From Oscillospiraceae bacterium (GTDB lineage Bacteria; Bacillota; Clostridia; Oscillospirales; Oscillospiraceae): a DNA stretch of 64,000 nt. The notes under the pieces are model-generated. The model saw nothing but the letters and a program-made list of their open reading frames with translations. It did not search any database and had not been told where the DNA came from. The translations under genes and the position numbers were made by a program. The DNA lies in NCBI GenBank assembly GCA_022794215.1, contig JAAWEH010000028.1:2636-66635 (forward strand). The letters are read 5' to 3'. Of the stretch, positions 8,224-18,907 are shown in pieces. Position 1 is the first letter of the stretch. Every line of letters begins with the position of its first letter.

Positions 8224-10001
8224 TGTCCGTCCTCCATTGTTTTTTCTCTTTGCCGGGCCCGGAGTGCCAGCAGCGCGTCGTCGCTTTTCGCTGCCCCGCG
8301 TTGCTGGGCCTCTGCTCGAATCGTATTTATGTAGTCTTCCATCGCTTGACTGGCATAGGCCAAGGATTCCGGCTGGGCTGTTACCTCCACCAGATGGCTC
8401 ATCTCATTAGAGCTGAATTCCCCCGCCAGTGCAGGCAGTTGAACGCTCAGTCCCCGCTCATACCGGTTCTTTAAAAGCCGAAACGCCCTTCCCAGCACTG
8501 GGGAAGAAAACTGCTCCGGCTCCACCGCCGCTTTGGAAAAGAGAGCTCCATCCAGCAGCACCAGCCGCAATACTCCCTCCTCCGCAAGACCGGAGCGAAT
8601 ATTTTCATACCGCAGCTCTCTGGCCTTGGGTTGGCGGGAGGAGGCGGGAATCAGACTCTGCCGCTCCTCCTTCTTCCGGGCCTGCCGCGCCTGACCCTTG
8701 CGCCAGCGCTCTACCTCCTGGGCAAAGGCCGTGCCCGAAATACCCGCGGCAGAGGCGGCTTTGTTTCCGTATATCTCTCGCTCAATGGGGCTGGCAAGCT
8801 TCCCCACCATCTCCACCGCCGAGCGCAAAAATTCCATCCGCCCCTCGTCCGTGGTCAGATCCGCCCCCTGCAGCAACGCATCGATCCGGTAATCGTTCTG
8901 CCCCGCGCTTCCGCTGAGGCACTTTTCAAAGGCGGCAGGGCCAAACTTCTTTACAAAATCATCAGGATCCTGCTTTAAGGGCTTACCGGCAGCATCCACC
9001 GCATTGGGAAGTTGCAGCACCCGCACATTGAGATCCGCATTTTTCAATATGCCCAGCACCCGCTCTGTAGATTTCTTCCCTGCCTCGTCATTGTCATAGC
9101 ACAGCACCAGTTCCTTGGTATACCGGGACAATATCCGCGCATGATCGGCGGTAAGGGCGGTTCCCATGGTGGCCACCACATTGTCAAAGCCCGCTTGGTG
9201 AAGGGTGATCACATCAATATTTCCCTCCACTAATATCAAGTTGGGCCGTTTTGTGGATTTGGCAAAATTCAGTGCGTAGATCAGCTGACTTTTCTTAAAG
9301 CACACCGTGTCTGGGCTGTTGAGGTACTTGGCCCCCTCCAGCCCCGGCAGAATCCGACTGGTGAAGCCCACCACTTCCCCCCGCACATCAATCACGGGAA
9401 GCATGAGCCGGGAGCGGAACTTATCATAAACTCCGCCGTTTTTCCCTCCCACCGCCAAGCCTGCATCCAACAGCTCCATCTTGCTAAAGCCTTTGGCGGT
9501 AAGGGCTTTGGTAAGGGCGTCCCACTCTCCGGGGGCCGCTCCCAAACCAAACCGGGTGGCAAACTTCGGGCTGATCTGCCGCTGGGCGATATAGCTGCGT
9601 ACCTCCTCGCCCCCGGATCCTTTCAGATAATCATGATAAAACCGGGCCGCTTCCTTGTTGGCCTCCTGCGCCCGACGGTATTTCTTCCGGCTCTCATCAC
9701 TGCTCCCGGTCTCAGGCACCTCCATTCCCAGCCGTTTGGCCAGGTGCCGCACCGCATCGGGAAAGGACAGATGCTCTATCTCCATCACAAAGGAGATGGC
9801 TCCGCCCCCCTTTCCACAGCCGAAACAGTGAAAAATCTGTTTGTCTCGGGAGACGGAGAAGGAGGGGGTCTTCTCTGTATGAAAAGGGCACAATCCCCAC
9901 ATATTGCCACCCTTGGGTGTCAGGTGGACATACTCCCCCACCACATCGGCAATATCGCTGCGCTGAACCAGTTCGTCAATAAACTGTTCCGGAATGGCCA
10001 C
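8220..10001 (-). CDS. dnaG: DNA primase
   Basis: CPFH..CFGC zinc finger, KYLNSP, VEG.ID, CYDND and DPD Toprim motifs; GTG start after GGAGG. Confidence 0.97.
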   Translation of the reverse strand: MAIPEQFIDELVQRSDIADVVGEYVHLTPKGGNMWGLCPFHTEKTPSFSVSRDKQIFHCFGCGKGGGAISFVMEIEHLSFPDAVRHLAKRLGMEVPETGSSDESRKKYRRAQEANKEAARFYHDYLKGSGGEEVRSYIAQRQISPKFATRFGLGAAPGEWDALTKALTAKGFSKMELLDAGLAVGGKNGGVYDKFRSRLMLPVIDVRGEVVGFTSRILPGLEGAKYLNSPDTVCFKKSQLIYALNFAKSTKRPNLILVEGNIDVITLHQAGFDNVVATMGTALTADHARILSRYTKELVLCYDNDEAGKKSTERVLGILKNADLNVRVLQLPNAVDAAGKPLKQDPDDFVKKFGPAAFEKCLSGSAGQNDYRIDALLQGADLTTDEGRMEFLRSAVEMVGKLASPIEREIYGNKAASAAGISGTAFAQEVERWRKGQARQARKKEERQSLIPASSRQPKARELRYENIRSGLAEEGVLRLVLLDGALFSKAAVEPEQFSSPVLGRAFRLLKNRYERGLSVQLPALAGEFSSNEMSHLVEVTAQPESLAYASQAMEDYINTIRAEAQQRGAAKSDDALLALRARQREKTMEDGQ

Positions 10002-10089
10002 AAATCCCCCTCCTTTCCCTATGATTTCCAAAGTATGACAAGGTTATACCGTTGACGGAGCTTACCCTTTATCAAAGATGAGCACACAG

Positions 10090-11094
10090 TTATTTTACTG
10101 CCCAGGATTTCGGTATAAACAAATCCTGGTAGGTCTCCACCGCATAGGCGTCCGTCATTCCTGCAATGTAATCGCACACAGCCCGCTCCTGCCCCTCTGT
10201 CTCCCGGATCTCCTGGAACTCTTCCGGCAGCTTATCCAAGTGGGCCAGGTAATAGTCAAACAACCGGCGGATCAGTTCCTGGGCTTTGCCCTCCTCCCCC
10301 TTCGCGATGGAGTTAAGGTATACCGAGGCAAACATAAACTGACTCAGCTGACCCATGGCTGCCTTCTTCTCCGGGGATTGGAGAATATCTCCCTTTCCCC
10401 GGCTGGAACAAATAATATCAGTTACCAGCGTATTGATCCGCTGGGAGTGGCTCATCCCCAACTCCTGTCCTACCTCGGCCGGGATATCCAACGGGTAAAT
10501 GACTCCGCCCCGAAGGGCGTCGTCAATGTCAGCGCTGAGATAGGCGATCTTATCCGCCAAACGTACCGTCTTGCCCTCCAAGGTCTCTGCCAGCTCCGGC
10601 CCGGAGTGGCAGAGAATGCCCCGCCGAACCTCATAGGTCAGGTTGAGCCCCGCTCCGCTGTGCTCCAGCCGCTCCACCACCCGCAAAGACTGCTCATAGT
10701 GGCGGAACCCTCCGGGCATGATCTCATTGAGCAGGCGCTCCCCTGCATGTCCAAAGGGGGTATGCCCCAGATCATGACCCAGGGCTGCGGCCTCGGTCAG
10801 ATCCTCATTGAGCCCCAAGCCCCGTGCAATGGTTCGCGCAACCCGGGCCACCTCCAGGGTATGGGTCATCCGGGTGCGGTAATGGTCTCCCTCCGGCTGA
10901 AGAAACACCTGGGTTTTATGCTTCAGCCGCCGAAATGCCTTTGAGTGAACGATCCGGTCTATGTCCCGCTGAAAGCAGGTTCGTATCGGGCACTCCTCCT
11001 CCGGGCGCTGTCTGCCCTTGGAGTCCGCCGAACAGCAGGCCAGCGGAGAAAGATCCTTTCTTTCCCTCTGTTCCAGCTCTTCCCGAATGGTCAT
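10090..11094 (-). CDS. dgt: dGTP triphosphohydrolase (HD domain)
   Basis: FRRLKHKTQVF, RTRMTHTLEV, GHDLGHTPFGHAGE, DYIAGMTD. Confidence 0.93.
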   Translation of the reverse strand: MTIREELEQRERKDLSPLACCSADSKGRQRPEEECPIRTCFQRDIDRIVHSKAFRRLKHKTQVFLQPEGDHYRTRMTHTLEVARVARTIARGLGLNEDLTEAAALGHDLGHTPFGHAGERLLNEIMPGGFRHYEQSLRVVERLEHSGAGLNLTYEVRRGILCHSGPELAETLEGKTVRLADKIAYLSADIDDALRGGVIYPLDIPAEVGQELGMSHSQRINTLVTDIICSSRGKGDILQSPEKKAAMGQLSQFMFASVYLNSIAKGEEGKAQELIRRLFDYYLAHLDKLPEEFQEIRETEGQERAVCDYIAGMTDAYAVETYQDLFIPKSWAVK

Positions 11095-11196
11095 AAGCGC
11101 CCCCTCCTTTTCTTCTCACACTATTATAGATACGCCGCAAAAGCAAAAAACCCTTTTTCTCCGGCAAATTTTTTTGAATGTCAGCCAAGGCCTCAA

Positions 11197-11823
11197 TTAT
11201 CGCGGCACCGCTTTCCATTGGATCCCCGTTACCCGGGGCCGGATCCCCCCAGCGGACAGCTCCCCCAGCCGCCGGGCAAACTCCTCCTCCGCTCCTTGGG
11301 GAAGAAGTGCCCGGAAGACGATCTCCGCGCCGAATTCGTGCTCCCCTTCCACGCCCTTCAACGGCGGCAACTCCAGCTTTACCCGCTCGAACAAGGGATA
11401 CGGGCAGCCAAACTCCACCACAGACCAAGGCCGAACCACCGACACGCCCGCCGCGTCCAGCGCATCCTTGGCAGAGCGGCCGTATGCCCGGGTCAGCCCT
11501 CCGGCCCCCAGCAGAACCCCGCCGAAATACCGGGTCACCACGCAGCAAACATTCTCAATATTCTCCTTCTGAAATACCCCCAGCATGGGCTGTCCGGCGG
11601 TTCCCTGAGGCTCCCCGTCATCGGAATAGCGGAGAATACCGCCTTCTCGAAGAATATAGCACCAGCAGTTGTGTCGGGCGTCGTGATACCGCTTCTTCAT
11701 CTCCTCGATATGCCCCCGGGCCTCAACCTCGCTATCCACCGGCCACACATGGCCGATAAACCGGGAGCGTTTCTCGGTAAATTCCGTCTCCGATGGGGCG
11801 GTGGGGATGTAGTATTCGGCCAT
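11197..11823 (-). CDS. YigZ/IMPACT family protein
   Basis: SDDGEPQGTAG and VTRYFGGVLLGAGGL motifs. Confidence 0.92.
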   Translation of the reverse strand: MAEYYIPTAPSETEFTEKRSRFIGHVWPVDSEVEARGHIEEMKKRYHDARHNCWCYILREGGILRYSDDGEPQGTAGQPMLGVFQKENIENVCCVVTRYFGGVLLGAGGLTRAYGRSAKDALDAAGVSVVRPWSVVEFGCPYPLFERVKLELPPLKGVEGEHEFGAEIVFRALLPQGAEEEFARRLGELSAGGIRPRVTGIQWKAVPR

Positions 11824-11886
11824 GTCGTATCTCCTCCGTCTCGTCTTTCATCGTTTTCCGCCCGGTGAGCTGCGTTCGCCCACTCT

Positions 11887-12417
11887 CTATCGCACCGACC
11901 ACTCTGCCTTCGTCAGCGCATAGTGAAGCTCGGTGCGCTCCTCCCCCATCAGCTCCACCCAGGTTTTCTCGGTAAAGCGGTAGAGGAACCCGCACTTTTC
12001 CACCACACGCCGGGACTTGTCATTGAAGTCATAATGGCCGCACCAGATGGTTGCCAAGCCCAGATCCTCAAAGCCATAGCGCAGCAGCTCCTGCACTGCT
12101 TCAGGGATCAGCCCCCGCCCCCAGAAGGCAGGGTTCAGCGCATAGCCGATCTCGTCGTCCGGCCCGGGAAGCTCCGTCCTGTGCCGATCCACAAATCCCG
12201 CCGAACCAATGACCTTACCAGACAGCTTTTCTACCACAGCAAAGGTATTGGGAGCGGAAAAAACGCCGGCGATGATCTCCCGGCTCTCCTCCAGGCTTTT
12301 ATGGGGCGGCCATCCGGCAGCCGGGCCTACCCGGGGATCCTTGGCATATTCATAAAGATCGGATGCATCCGTTTCCGTGAAAGGGCGCAGAATCAATCGC
12401 TCTGTCTCTATAGCCAT
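11887..12417 (-). CDS. RimJ/RimL-type GNAT N-acetyltransferase
   Basis: ETERLILRP, EIGY, FWGRG, N..SRRVVEKCGF. Confidence 0.88.
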   Translation of the reverse strand: MAIETERLILRPFTETDASDLYEYAKDPRVGPAAGWPPHKSLEESREIIAGVFSAPNTFAVVEKLSGKVIGSAGFVDRHRTELPGPDDEIGYALNPAFWGRGLIPEAVQELLRYGFEDLGLATIWCGHYDFNDKSRRVVEKCGFLYRFTEKTWVELMGEERTELHYALTKAEWSVR

Positions 12418-12438
12418 AGCGCAGATTCCTTTCTCTCT

Positions 12439-13734
12439 TTAATCCTCCCAAAATTCCTTTTCCGGCTTCCAGCCCTCGGTGACATAGTCCCGCACCCGGC
12501 CCAGAACCTTTGGCGGGCAGACAACATCCACCTCAATGGCCTCGCCGTACTCCACCGAGTCCACCTTGGCCTCCCGGTAGAGCATATCCACCAGCCCTCC
12601 CTGGTCGTAGGGGATGGCCAGCTTTACACGGACAGTGCCCTTATCCAGCCGGCGGCGAAGCTTGTCCAACAGCTGGTCAACTCCCTCCCCCGTCTTGGCG
12701 GACAGGGCCACGATGTCCTCTCCATGGGGCAGGATATCTTCCTCCAGAAGATCACACTTGTTAAACAGATCAAGCCGTGGGGTTTCACTGGCATGAAGCT
12801 CGGTAATGAGCCGCTCCACCACATCCGCCTGTTCCCGCCACAGGGGGTCGGAGGCGTCGATCACATGAAGCAGCAGATCAGCGTACTCCAGCTCTTCCAG
12901 CGTGGCCTTAAATGCCTCCACCAGATGGTGGGGCAGCTTGGAGATAAACCCCACCGTATCGGAAATCAGCACCGTGCAGGTATCGCTGAGCTCCAGAGTA
13001 CGGGTGGTGGTGTCCAAAGTGTCAAAGAGCCGATTGTTGGCCGGGATGCCCGCCCCGGTCAGATGGTTGAGCAGGGTGGATTTTCCTGCGTTGGTGTACC
13101 CCACGATGGCCACCACCGGAACCTCGTTCTTCTCCCGGCGCTGGCGCTGAGTGGCCCGGATCCGCCGCACCTCCTTCAGTTCCTCCTCCAGCTTGGTGAT
13201 TTTCTTGCGGATGATCCGCCGGTCGGTCTCCAGCTGGGTCTCGCCGGGGCCACGGGTGCCGATGGCGCCCTCCTGCCGCTCCAAGTGGCTCCACATACTG
13301 GTCAAGCGGGGCAGCAGATACTTATACTGAGCCAGCTCCACCTGGAGCCGGCCCTCGCTGGTTCGGGCCCGCTGGGCAAAGATGTCCAGGATCAGGGCGG
13401 AGCGATCCAGCACCTGAATCCCCAAGGTCTCGGTCAGCACCCGCTGTTGGGAGGGGCTCAGGTCATTATCAAACACCACCAGCTCCGCTTCCATTCCCTG
13501 GGCCAGCTGCTTTAGCTCCTCCACCTTCCCCTCCCCCAAAAAGGTTCGGGGATCGGGGGTAGCCTTGTTCTGAAGGATGGTTCCCACACACTCTCCCCCG
13601 GCGGTCTCCAGCAGGGCTTCCAGCTCCTCCAGCGACTCCTCCGTGGCATTCTGCTCACGGCTGAGAACCGGGGAATTCAGCCCTGCCAGAACCGCTCGGT
13701 TGATTTTTTTCCCGTCAAATGTTTTTTCGAACAT
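12439..13734 (-). CDS. hflX: Ribosome-splitting GTPase HflX
   Basis: LILDIFAQRA, RGPGETQLETDRR, GYTNAGKS, DTVGF, NKCD. Confidence 0.96.
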   Translation of the reverse strand: MFEKTFDGKKINRAVLAGLNSPVLSREQNATEESLEELEALLETAGGECVGTILQNKATPDPRTFLGEGKVEELKQLAQGMEAELVVFDNDLSPSQQRVLTETLGIQVLDRSALILDIFAQRARTSEGRLQVELAQYKYLLPRLTSMWSHLERQEGAIGTRGPGETQLETDRRIIRKKITKLEEELKEVRRIRATQRQRREKNEVPVVAIVGYTNAGKSTLLNHLTGAGIPANNRLFDTLDTTTRTLELSDTCTVLISDTVGFISKLPHHLVEAFKATLEELEYADLLLHVIDASDPLWREQADVVERLITELHASETPRLDLFNKCDLLEEDILPHGEDIVALSAKTGEGVDQLLDKLRRRLDKGTVRVKLAIPYDQGGLVDMLYREAKVDSVEYGEAIEVDVVCPPKVLGRVRDYVTEGWKPEKEFWED

Positions 13735-13756
13735 AGTACCTCCCAAGCCTGGGCTT

Positions 13757-14121
13757 TTATAATTCCTTGCTCATCAGATCCAGGAGATAAACGGCCTTAT
13801 GCCCCCCATCTCCACTCCGGTTACGCAGCCGGTGCAGGAACAGATCACCGTCTCCGTCTCATAGCGTTTCCCGTTCTCCTCCATTCGCCGTTGCCGCTTC
13901 TCCGGGGATGCGGGATAAAGGTCTCCCCATTCCACCAAACGCTTGGGGCACAGGGCGGGCAGGTAAAAATGCTTTTGTCCCCCGCCCCCGGTTTCATATA
14001 GTCAACGCTGCAGCGCCCCACCTTTCCCGCGCCCAACCGGGCGCGGAGATAATCCTGGAGCCTCTCGCTGCCCCGGGGACCATGGAGGGTATTAGCAGCC
14101 GGGAAAGCTGTATACCCCCAT
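13757..14121 (-). pseudogene. Degraded Cys-rich (CCG-domain-like) Fe-S protein gene
   Basis: AAGGAG SD, then MGVYSFPGC*; pieces in shifting frames read RLQDYLRAR..GRCS..FTCPPCA, VICSCTGCVTGVEMGG and HKAVYLLDLMSKEL*. Confidence 0.55.
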
Positions 14122-14134
14122 TCTATCCGCTCCT

Positions 14135-14644
14135 TTACCCCTTTTCTTTTTCCAGTACCGCTACGATTTCCCCCACATACATCCTGTGGTAATCCTTCCC
14201 CGGATAATTCTTTTCCTCCAGCTCTCCATCCACAAAGCAATCTCCGGCCAGATCCTGCTGATAGAGCTTTCGGCAGATCAGCGTCAGCTCTCCCTCCGCA
14301 AAATAGGGGGCGGGCTCATCTCGGAGCACTGTTAAGCCGCACTCCTTTACCTTATTCACCTCTCTGCCGCTCTTAGCGCCGCAGAAAACTGCCACCTGAT
14401 GCTTTTCCTCGGGCAAAAACGTCAAGGAAAAATACTGTTCACCGTCGATCAATCCCCTGGTGTACCGCTGGGGCCGAACATAAACCGTGGCCACCGGTTT
14501 GTTCCATAGGATTCCCACTCCGCCCCAGCTGACCGTCATGGGATTGCAGCCCTCTCCCTCCGCCACGGTGAGCAGCGCCCAGCGCTGGCTCAGAAGGGAA
14601 AAGAAATTGGCCTCAAGATCCTTCGGTTCCCGTTTTTTCATCAT
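14135..14644 (-). CDS. Flavin reductase/flavoredoxin family protein
   Basis: NPMTVSWGG.G.LW, VRPQRYT, CGAKSGR, DYHRMYVGEI. Confidence 0.85.
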   Translation of the reverse strand: MMKKREPKDLEANFFSLLSQRWALLTVAEGEGCNPMTVSWGGVGILWNKPVATVYVRPQRYTRGLIDGEQYFSLTFLPEEKHQVAVFCGAKSGREVNKVKECGLTVLRDEPAPYFAEGELTLICRKLYQQDLAGDCFVDGELEEKNYPGKDYHRMYVGEIVAVLEKEKG

Positions 14645-14730
14645 AATGATCGCCTCCACCTTTATGATACGCAAAAAGGGCCCGTACCGAGACCGGCACG
14701 GGCCCATATTTTGTTTTTCCCAGATGCAGA

Positions 14731-14934
14731 TTACTTGTCGAAGCCAAACTTCTTGTTGAAGCGGCTGACACGTCCGCCGGTATCCACCATCTTCTGCTTG
14801 CCGGTGAAGAAGGGGTGACACTTGGAGCAAACTTCGACACGGATGTTCTCCTTGGTAGAGCCAGTCTCAATCACATTGCCGCAGGCACAGGTGATGGTAG
14901 TCTGCTTATAATCGGGATGAATTCCTTCCTTCAT
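14731..14934 (-). CDS. rpmE: 50S ribosomal protein L31 (Zn-binding type)
   Basis: MKEGIHPDY...CACG...[10 protein letters not shown]; GGGCCCGT..ACGGGCCC-TTTTT terminator downstream; TTGCAT-N17-TATCAT promoter at 15007-15035. Confidence 0.97.
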   Translation of the reverse strand: MKEGIHPDYKQTTITCACGNVIETGSTKENIRVEVCSKCHPFFTGKQKMVDTGGRVSRFNKKFGFDK

Positions 14935-15058
14935 GTTGTGTTCACCTCTTTCTCGTTCCGGGCTGAAGCGGCGCAGCAAACCTCCACGCCTTATAAACGC
15001 TCTGATATGATAGCACAGGTTTTCCGAAAATGCAAGGGATTTTTTCGCAAAACCTTCC

Positions 15059-15259
15059 CTATCCCTTGATTTTTCTCCAGAGGCGGATCCAAAACCGCTC
15101 CTTCTCGTAACCCTTGGAGATCCGGAATTCCCGCTCGGCCTTCTCCGCCCGTTTCAGGGCCTTCTTCTCCGCTCTGCCGGGGTAGGGCTGGGTCTCTCCC
15201 ACGATCAATTCTGTGTTCATTTTGCTCTGTTGGAGCATATTGGGTGAAAGCATAACCAT
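15059..15259 (-). CDS. Small basic hypothetical protein (66 aa)
   Basis: SD AAGGGGAG; own TTGCAT-N17-TAGAAT promoter (15292-15320). Confidence 0.6.
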   Translation of the reverse strand: MVMLSPNMLQQSKMNTELIVGETQPYPGRAEKKALKRAEKAEREFRISKGYEKERFWIRLWRKIKG

Positions 15260-15323
15260 CTCCCCTTTTCGTTTATCGGCTTTCCTCTTTCATTCTACCA
15301 CAGAAAATAGCTCAATGCAAGGC

Positions 15324-18300
15324 TTAGACCTCCACTGCCGTCCCCTCCGAAAAGAACCACAGCACCCGCCTTATCACCGGCTTCCCGGTGATCTCAGCCA
15401 GGGCTTCTCCGTAGGCTCCCAGCTGCGGGGCATACTCCTTCGCCCGTTCCCGCAGCGCCACGCCAAATACATGGTCAGTCTTGAAGTCTACCACCGTAAT
15501 GCCTTCCTCCGCTTCAAAGTAACAGTCGACCACACCTTGAAGAAGGACCTGCTCCCCCTCCCCTGCCTGGGGGTAATACCGCTGGGCCTGCGCCAGAATA
15601 GAGAACTTGAACTCTCTTCGCAAGGCCGGCGCAGTCCTCACCTGCTCTCCCAGCTCAGAAGCGAAGAAGGAATACACTTTCTCCGGCTCCACCGCCTCTG
15701 CCTGCTCTTGGGTAATGTATTTCTGATTTACAAGCCGCTCTATCTCTTCTCTGACTCCCTCTATCCTGTCACAGCGGTCAAAGTCAATGTACTGCATTAC
15801 CAAATGGAGGGCAATTCCTCTCTGGGTTGGGGTAAGTCCAAGCTTTTCAACGGCAAAGCGGGGACGGTCGAAATGCAGCGGTGCAGGCGGCTTGGGCGCC
15901 TCCTGCGCTGTCTCCTCGTCCAAGTCCCTTCCCTTGAGCTGCGTTGCGGTGAGCTTGGACGGCAGGGTCACATCCCCGCTGTGGGGATACCGCCAGGAAA
16001 AAACCTCCAGGAGCTCCCGCTCGGCCCCTTCCTGCTCCTCTGCCTCTTCTCCCCTGCTTCTTTGCCGAACCTCCGACGCAAAAGGTGCGCCGTCCACCCA
16101 TTGGATGGACCATGGGAGGCCAAACTCCGTCCCGGGCGCTACCGGGGGAGGGAATATCCCCCCCAACAGTTCCTCCGCCTCCGGCCGGGCCATTGCGGGC
16201 AGCAGAACCCACTGGGCAGGGCTGGCACAATCCAGCAACGCCTGGGGCTCCACCGGCGCTCCGGCAAAGGGCAGCAGCTTCTCCAAATCCCGCCAGCCCC
16301 GGGTAAGGGCACAGGACATGATCAGCTTCTCCTGGGCCCTGGTCATGGCCACATACAATAACCGCAGCTCCTCCGCCGCCAGCTCGTGATCCATCTTTTT
16401 TGCCACAGCCAGCCGCGCCAGAGTGGGGTATTCCACCATCCGATCCAGATCCAGCCGTTTGGGGCCCACGCCCAGCTCCGCGTGGAAGAGGATGGGCCGG
16501 GCCATGTCCGTCTTATTCCGGCTCCGGGACAATCCTGCCAGAAACACCACCGGAAACTCCAAGCCCTTGGAGCGGTGGATGCTCATGATCCGCACCCCGG
16601 CCTTTCCCCCGCTGCCCATCCCGGACAGAGCCCGGGTCCGGCCGCTGTCCTCCAGGCGCTGAAGATGACTGAGAAATCCAAACAGCCCCTTGTGCCCCGC
16701 CCCTTCATAATCCCGGGCCAACTGGCCCAGCATCAGCAGGTTGCTTCGCCTGACCTCCCCTTCGTCCATGGCGCCATATACGCCCAACAGGTTGGTTTGG
16801 TCATAGATCCGCCAGAGCAAACGCTCGCAGCTCTCATCTCCCGCTCTGAAGCGCAGATCTGCCAGCTCTGCCAGAAATGCGGCGCTGTCCTCCCCTCCGT
16901 CCTGGGTGAGGGCAGTGTAAAAATCCTGTCCCGGAGCCGCCCCACGGATCTGCGCCAACCGGTCTGCCGAAAACCCATAGACCGCCGAGCGAAGCGCCGC
17001 GATCAAAGCCACATCCTGCCTGGGATTATCCACGATCCGCAGCAGAGATAGGGCCACCTGCACCTCCGTGGAGGAAAAGAAGTCCCCTCCTCCGTCGGCT
17101 TCCCAGGGGATGTCCTGCTCCCCCAAGGCCCCGGCATAGTGGTGCAGCACCGTGTTGGGAGAGCGCAGAAGGATCACTATATCTCCAGGCTGTACCGGCC
17201 GGGTCCCCCCCTCTCCGTCCGAGATGGGGAACCCTTCCTCCAACAGCTGCCGGATCCGCCGGGCCGCAAAGCGGGCCTCCAGCAAATCTCTGGGCGGCTT
17301 GGGGCCGTCCTCCTCTTCCCCTGCCTGGGAGCAATCCAAAATATCCAGCTCCACACAATAGTCCCCGGTGCTCTCCGGAAAAACACCTCCCGGCACTAAG
17401 GCCTCCGCATCTGCATAGGCCATCTCTCCGAAGGTCTGGCTCATCACATTGCGAAAAACATAGTTTACACCCGAAAGCACATGGGGCCGGGAGCGGAAAT
17501 TTTGGGACAGCAGCACCCGTCTCGGCTCCCCCTCCGCAGCCTCTGCCGCCGGACGATAGGAGAGATACTTTTTCAAAAAGATCGTGGGATCGGCCAGACG
17601 AAAGCGATAAATGGACTGCTTTACATCCCCCACCATAAACAGATTCTTCCCATCCCGGGTCAATGCAGTAAAAATGGCATTCTGAACGGCGTTGGTGTCC
17701 TGATACTCGTCCACCATCACTTCCTCAAACCGTTCCCCCCAGCGGCGGGCCAGCTCGGTAGGGACGCCGTCCTCTCCCACCAGAAGTTTGGTAGCCAGAT
17801 GCTCCAGATCGGAAAAATCCAGCAGCCCCCGCCGCCGTTTCAGGGCGGTATATTCCGCCTCAAACTCTTGCACCAAGGCAAACAATCCCCGAATGGCGGG
17901 ATACACCGCCCTCATGTCCTCCAAAAGTTCGGCAGAGCTGTCGGAAAAAAGGGCCGTAAGCCGCTCCATCCGTCTCTTGCATATATCCCGCAGGCTCTTG
18001 ATCCGCTCCTGAGCCTCCGGATCCTGACAGTTTCGGGCCGGCCCCAAGCGGGAAAATTCTATCTCCGCCTTCCCTGCCGCACTCTCCCATCCGTTCTCCA
18101 GTGCGGCGGAAAACGCCAAAAGGCTGTTTAACGTCCCTTGAAGGCTGGGCGCATAGGCCTTTGAAAGGACTTCCTCCCCCTGGGCCAGCTCTATAAGGCC
18201 CAGGATCTGGCTCGCCCAATACTCTGTCTGCCGCCGGGCGTCCGCCAGAAGCAGACCTCCCCAGGCCGTCTCTCCCGCATCCTCCGCCTGCTCTACCCTA

Positions 18301-18893
18301 AAGGCCTCCTCTTGCTGTCTCAGCCAGCGCTGGGGATCGGGGTGGCTCTGAACCCGGCTGCGCACATCCAACACGATCTCCATCAGTCTGCTGTCGTCTC
18401 TGCCGGCTGACATGGTATCCACCAAAAGGGCAAAATCACTGCCCGGTGCAATCGTCTCATACCGTTTGTCCAGTACATCGTTGAGGGCGTCGACCATCAG
18501 CAGGGCCGCCTCATTCTCGTCACAAACCCGGAAATCGTGATCCAGATCCAGTCGGTGGCCTTCCTCCCGAAGCAATTGGGTACAAAAGGCGTCAATGGTA
18601 GAGATCCGGGCCTGATATACCAGGGTTGACTGCCGCCTCAGCCAGGCGTCTCCCGGCTGCTGGGCCATGCGCTGGGAAAGCTGCTCCACAATGCGTCCGC
18701 GCAGCTCTGCAGCCGCCGCTTTGGTGTAGGTGATGACCAGGAATCGGTCAATGTCGACTCCCGCCTCCACCTGGGACATAAGCCGCTCCACCAGCACCCG
18801 GGTCTTTCCTGAGCCGGCAGCGGCGGAAACCAGGAGGCCCCCTCCCCGCTGAGTCACTGCCATATTTTGTTCAGGGGTCAGTTGAATGGCCAC
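15324..18893 (-). CDS. addA: Helicase-nuclease subunit AddA
   Basis: AAAGSGKT, VDEYQD, VGDVKQSIYRFR, HRSKGLEF, YVAMTRA; C-terminal GVVD..VVDFKT nuclease. Confidence 0.96.
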   Translation of the reverse strand: MAIQLTPEQNMAVTQRGGGLLVSAAAGSGKTRVLVERLMSQVEAGVDIDRFLVITYTKAAAAELRGRIVEQLSQRMAQQPGDAWLRRQSTLVYQARISTIDAFCTQLLREEGHRLDLDHDFRVCDENEAALLMVDALNDVLDKRYETIAPGSDFALLVDTMSAGRDDSRLMEIVLDVRSRVQSHPDPQRWLRQQEEAFRVEQAEDAGETAWGGLLLADARRQTEYWASQILGLIELAQGEEVLSKAYAPSLQGTLNSLLAFSAALENGWESAAGKAEIEFSRLGPARNCQDPEAQERIKSLRDICKRRMERLTALFSDSSAELLEDMRAVYPAIRGLFALVQEFEAEYTALKRRRGLLDFSDLEHLATKLLVGEDGVPTELARRWGERFEEVMVDEYQDTNAVQNAIFTALTRDGKNLFMVGDVKQSIYRFRLADPTIFLKKYLSYRPAAEAAEGEPRRVLLSQNFRSRPHVLSGVNYVFRNVMSQTFGEMAYADAEALVPGGVFPESTGDYCVELDILDCSQAGEEEDGPKPPRDLLEARFAARRIRQLLEEGFPISDGEGGTRPVQPGDIVILLRSPNTVLHHYAGALGEQDIPWEADGGGDFFSSTEVQVALSLLRIVDNPRQDVALIAALRSAVYGFSADRLAQIRGAAPGQDFYTALTQDGGEDSAAFLAELADLRFRAGDESCERLLWRIYDQTNLLGVYGAMDEGEVRRSNLLMLGQLARDYEGAGHKGLFGFLSHLQRLEDSGRTRALSGMGSGGKAGVRIMSIHRSKGLEFPVVFLAGLSRSRNKTDMARPILFHAELGVGPKRLDLDRMVEYPTLARLAVAKKMDHELAAEELRLLYVAMTRAQEKLIMSCALTRGWRDLEKLLPFAGAPVEPQALLDCASPAQWVLLPAMARPEAEELLGGIFPPPVAPGTEFGLPWSIQWVDGAPFASEVRQRSRGEEAEEQEGAERELLEVFSWRYPHSGDVTLPSKLTATQLKGRDLDEETAQEAPKPPAPLHFDRPRFAVEKLGLTPTQRGIALHLVMQYIDFDRCDRIEGVREEIERLVNQKYITQEQAEAVEPEKVYSFFASELGEQVRTAPALRREFKFSILAQAQRYYPQAGEGEQVLLQGVVDCYFEAEEGITVVDFKTDHVFGVALRERAKEYAPQLGAYGEALAEITGKPVIRRVLWFFSEGTAVEV

Positions 18894-18907
18894 GGGGGAC
18901 GCCTCCT

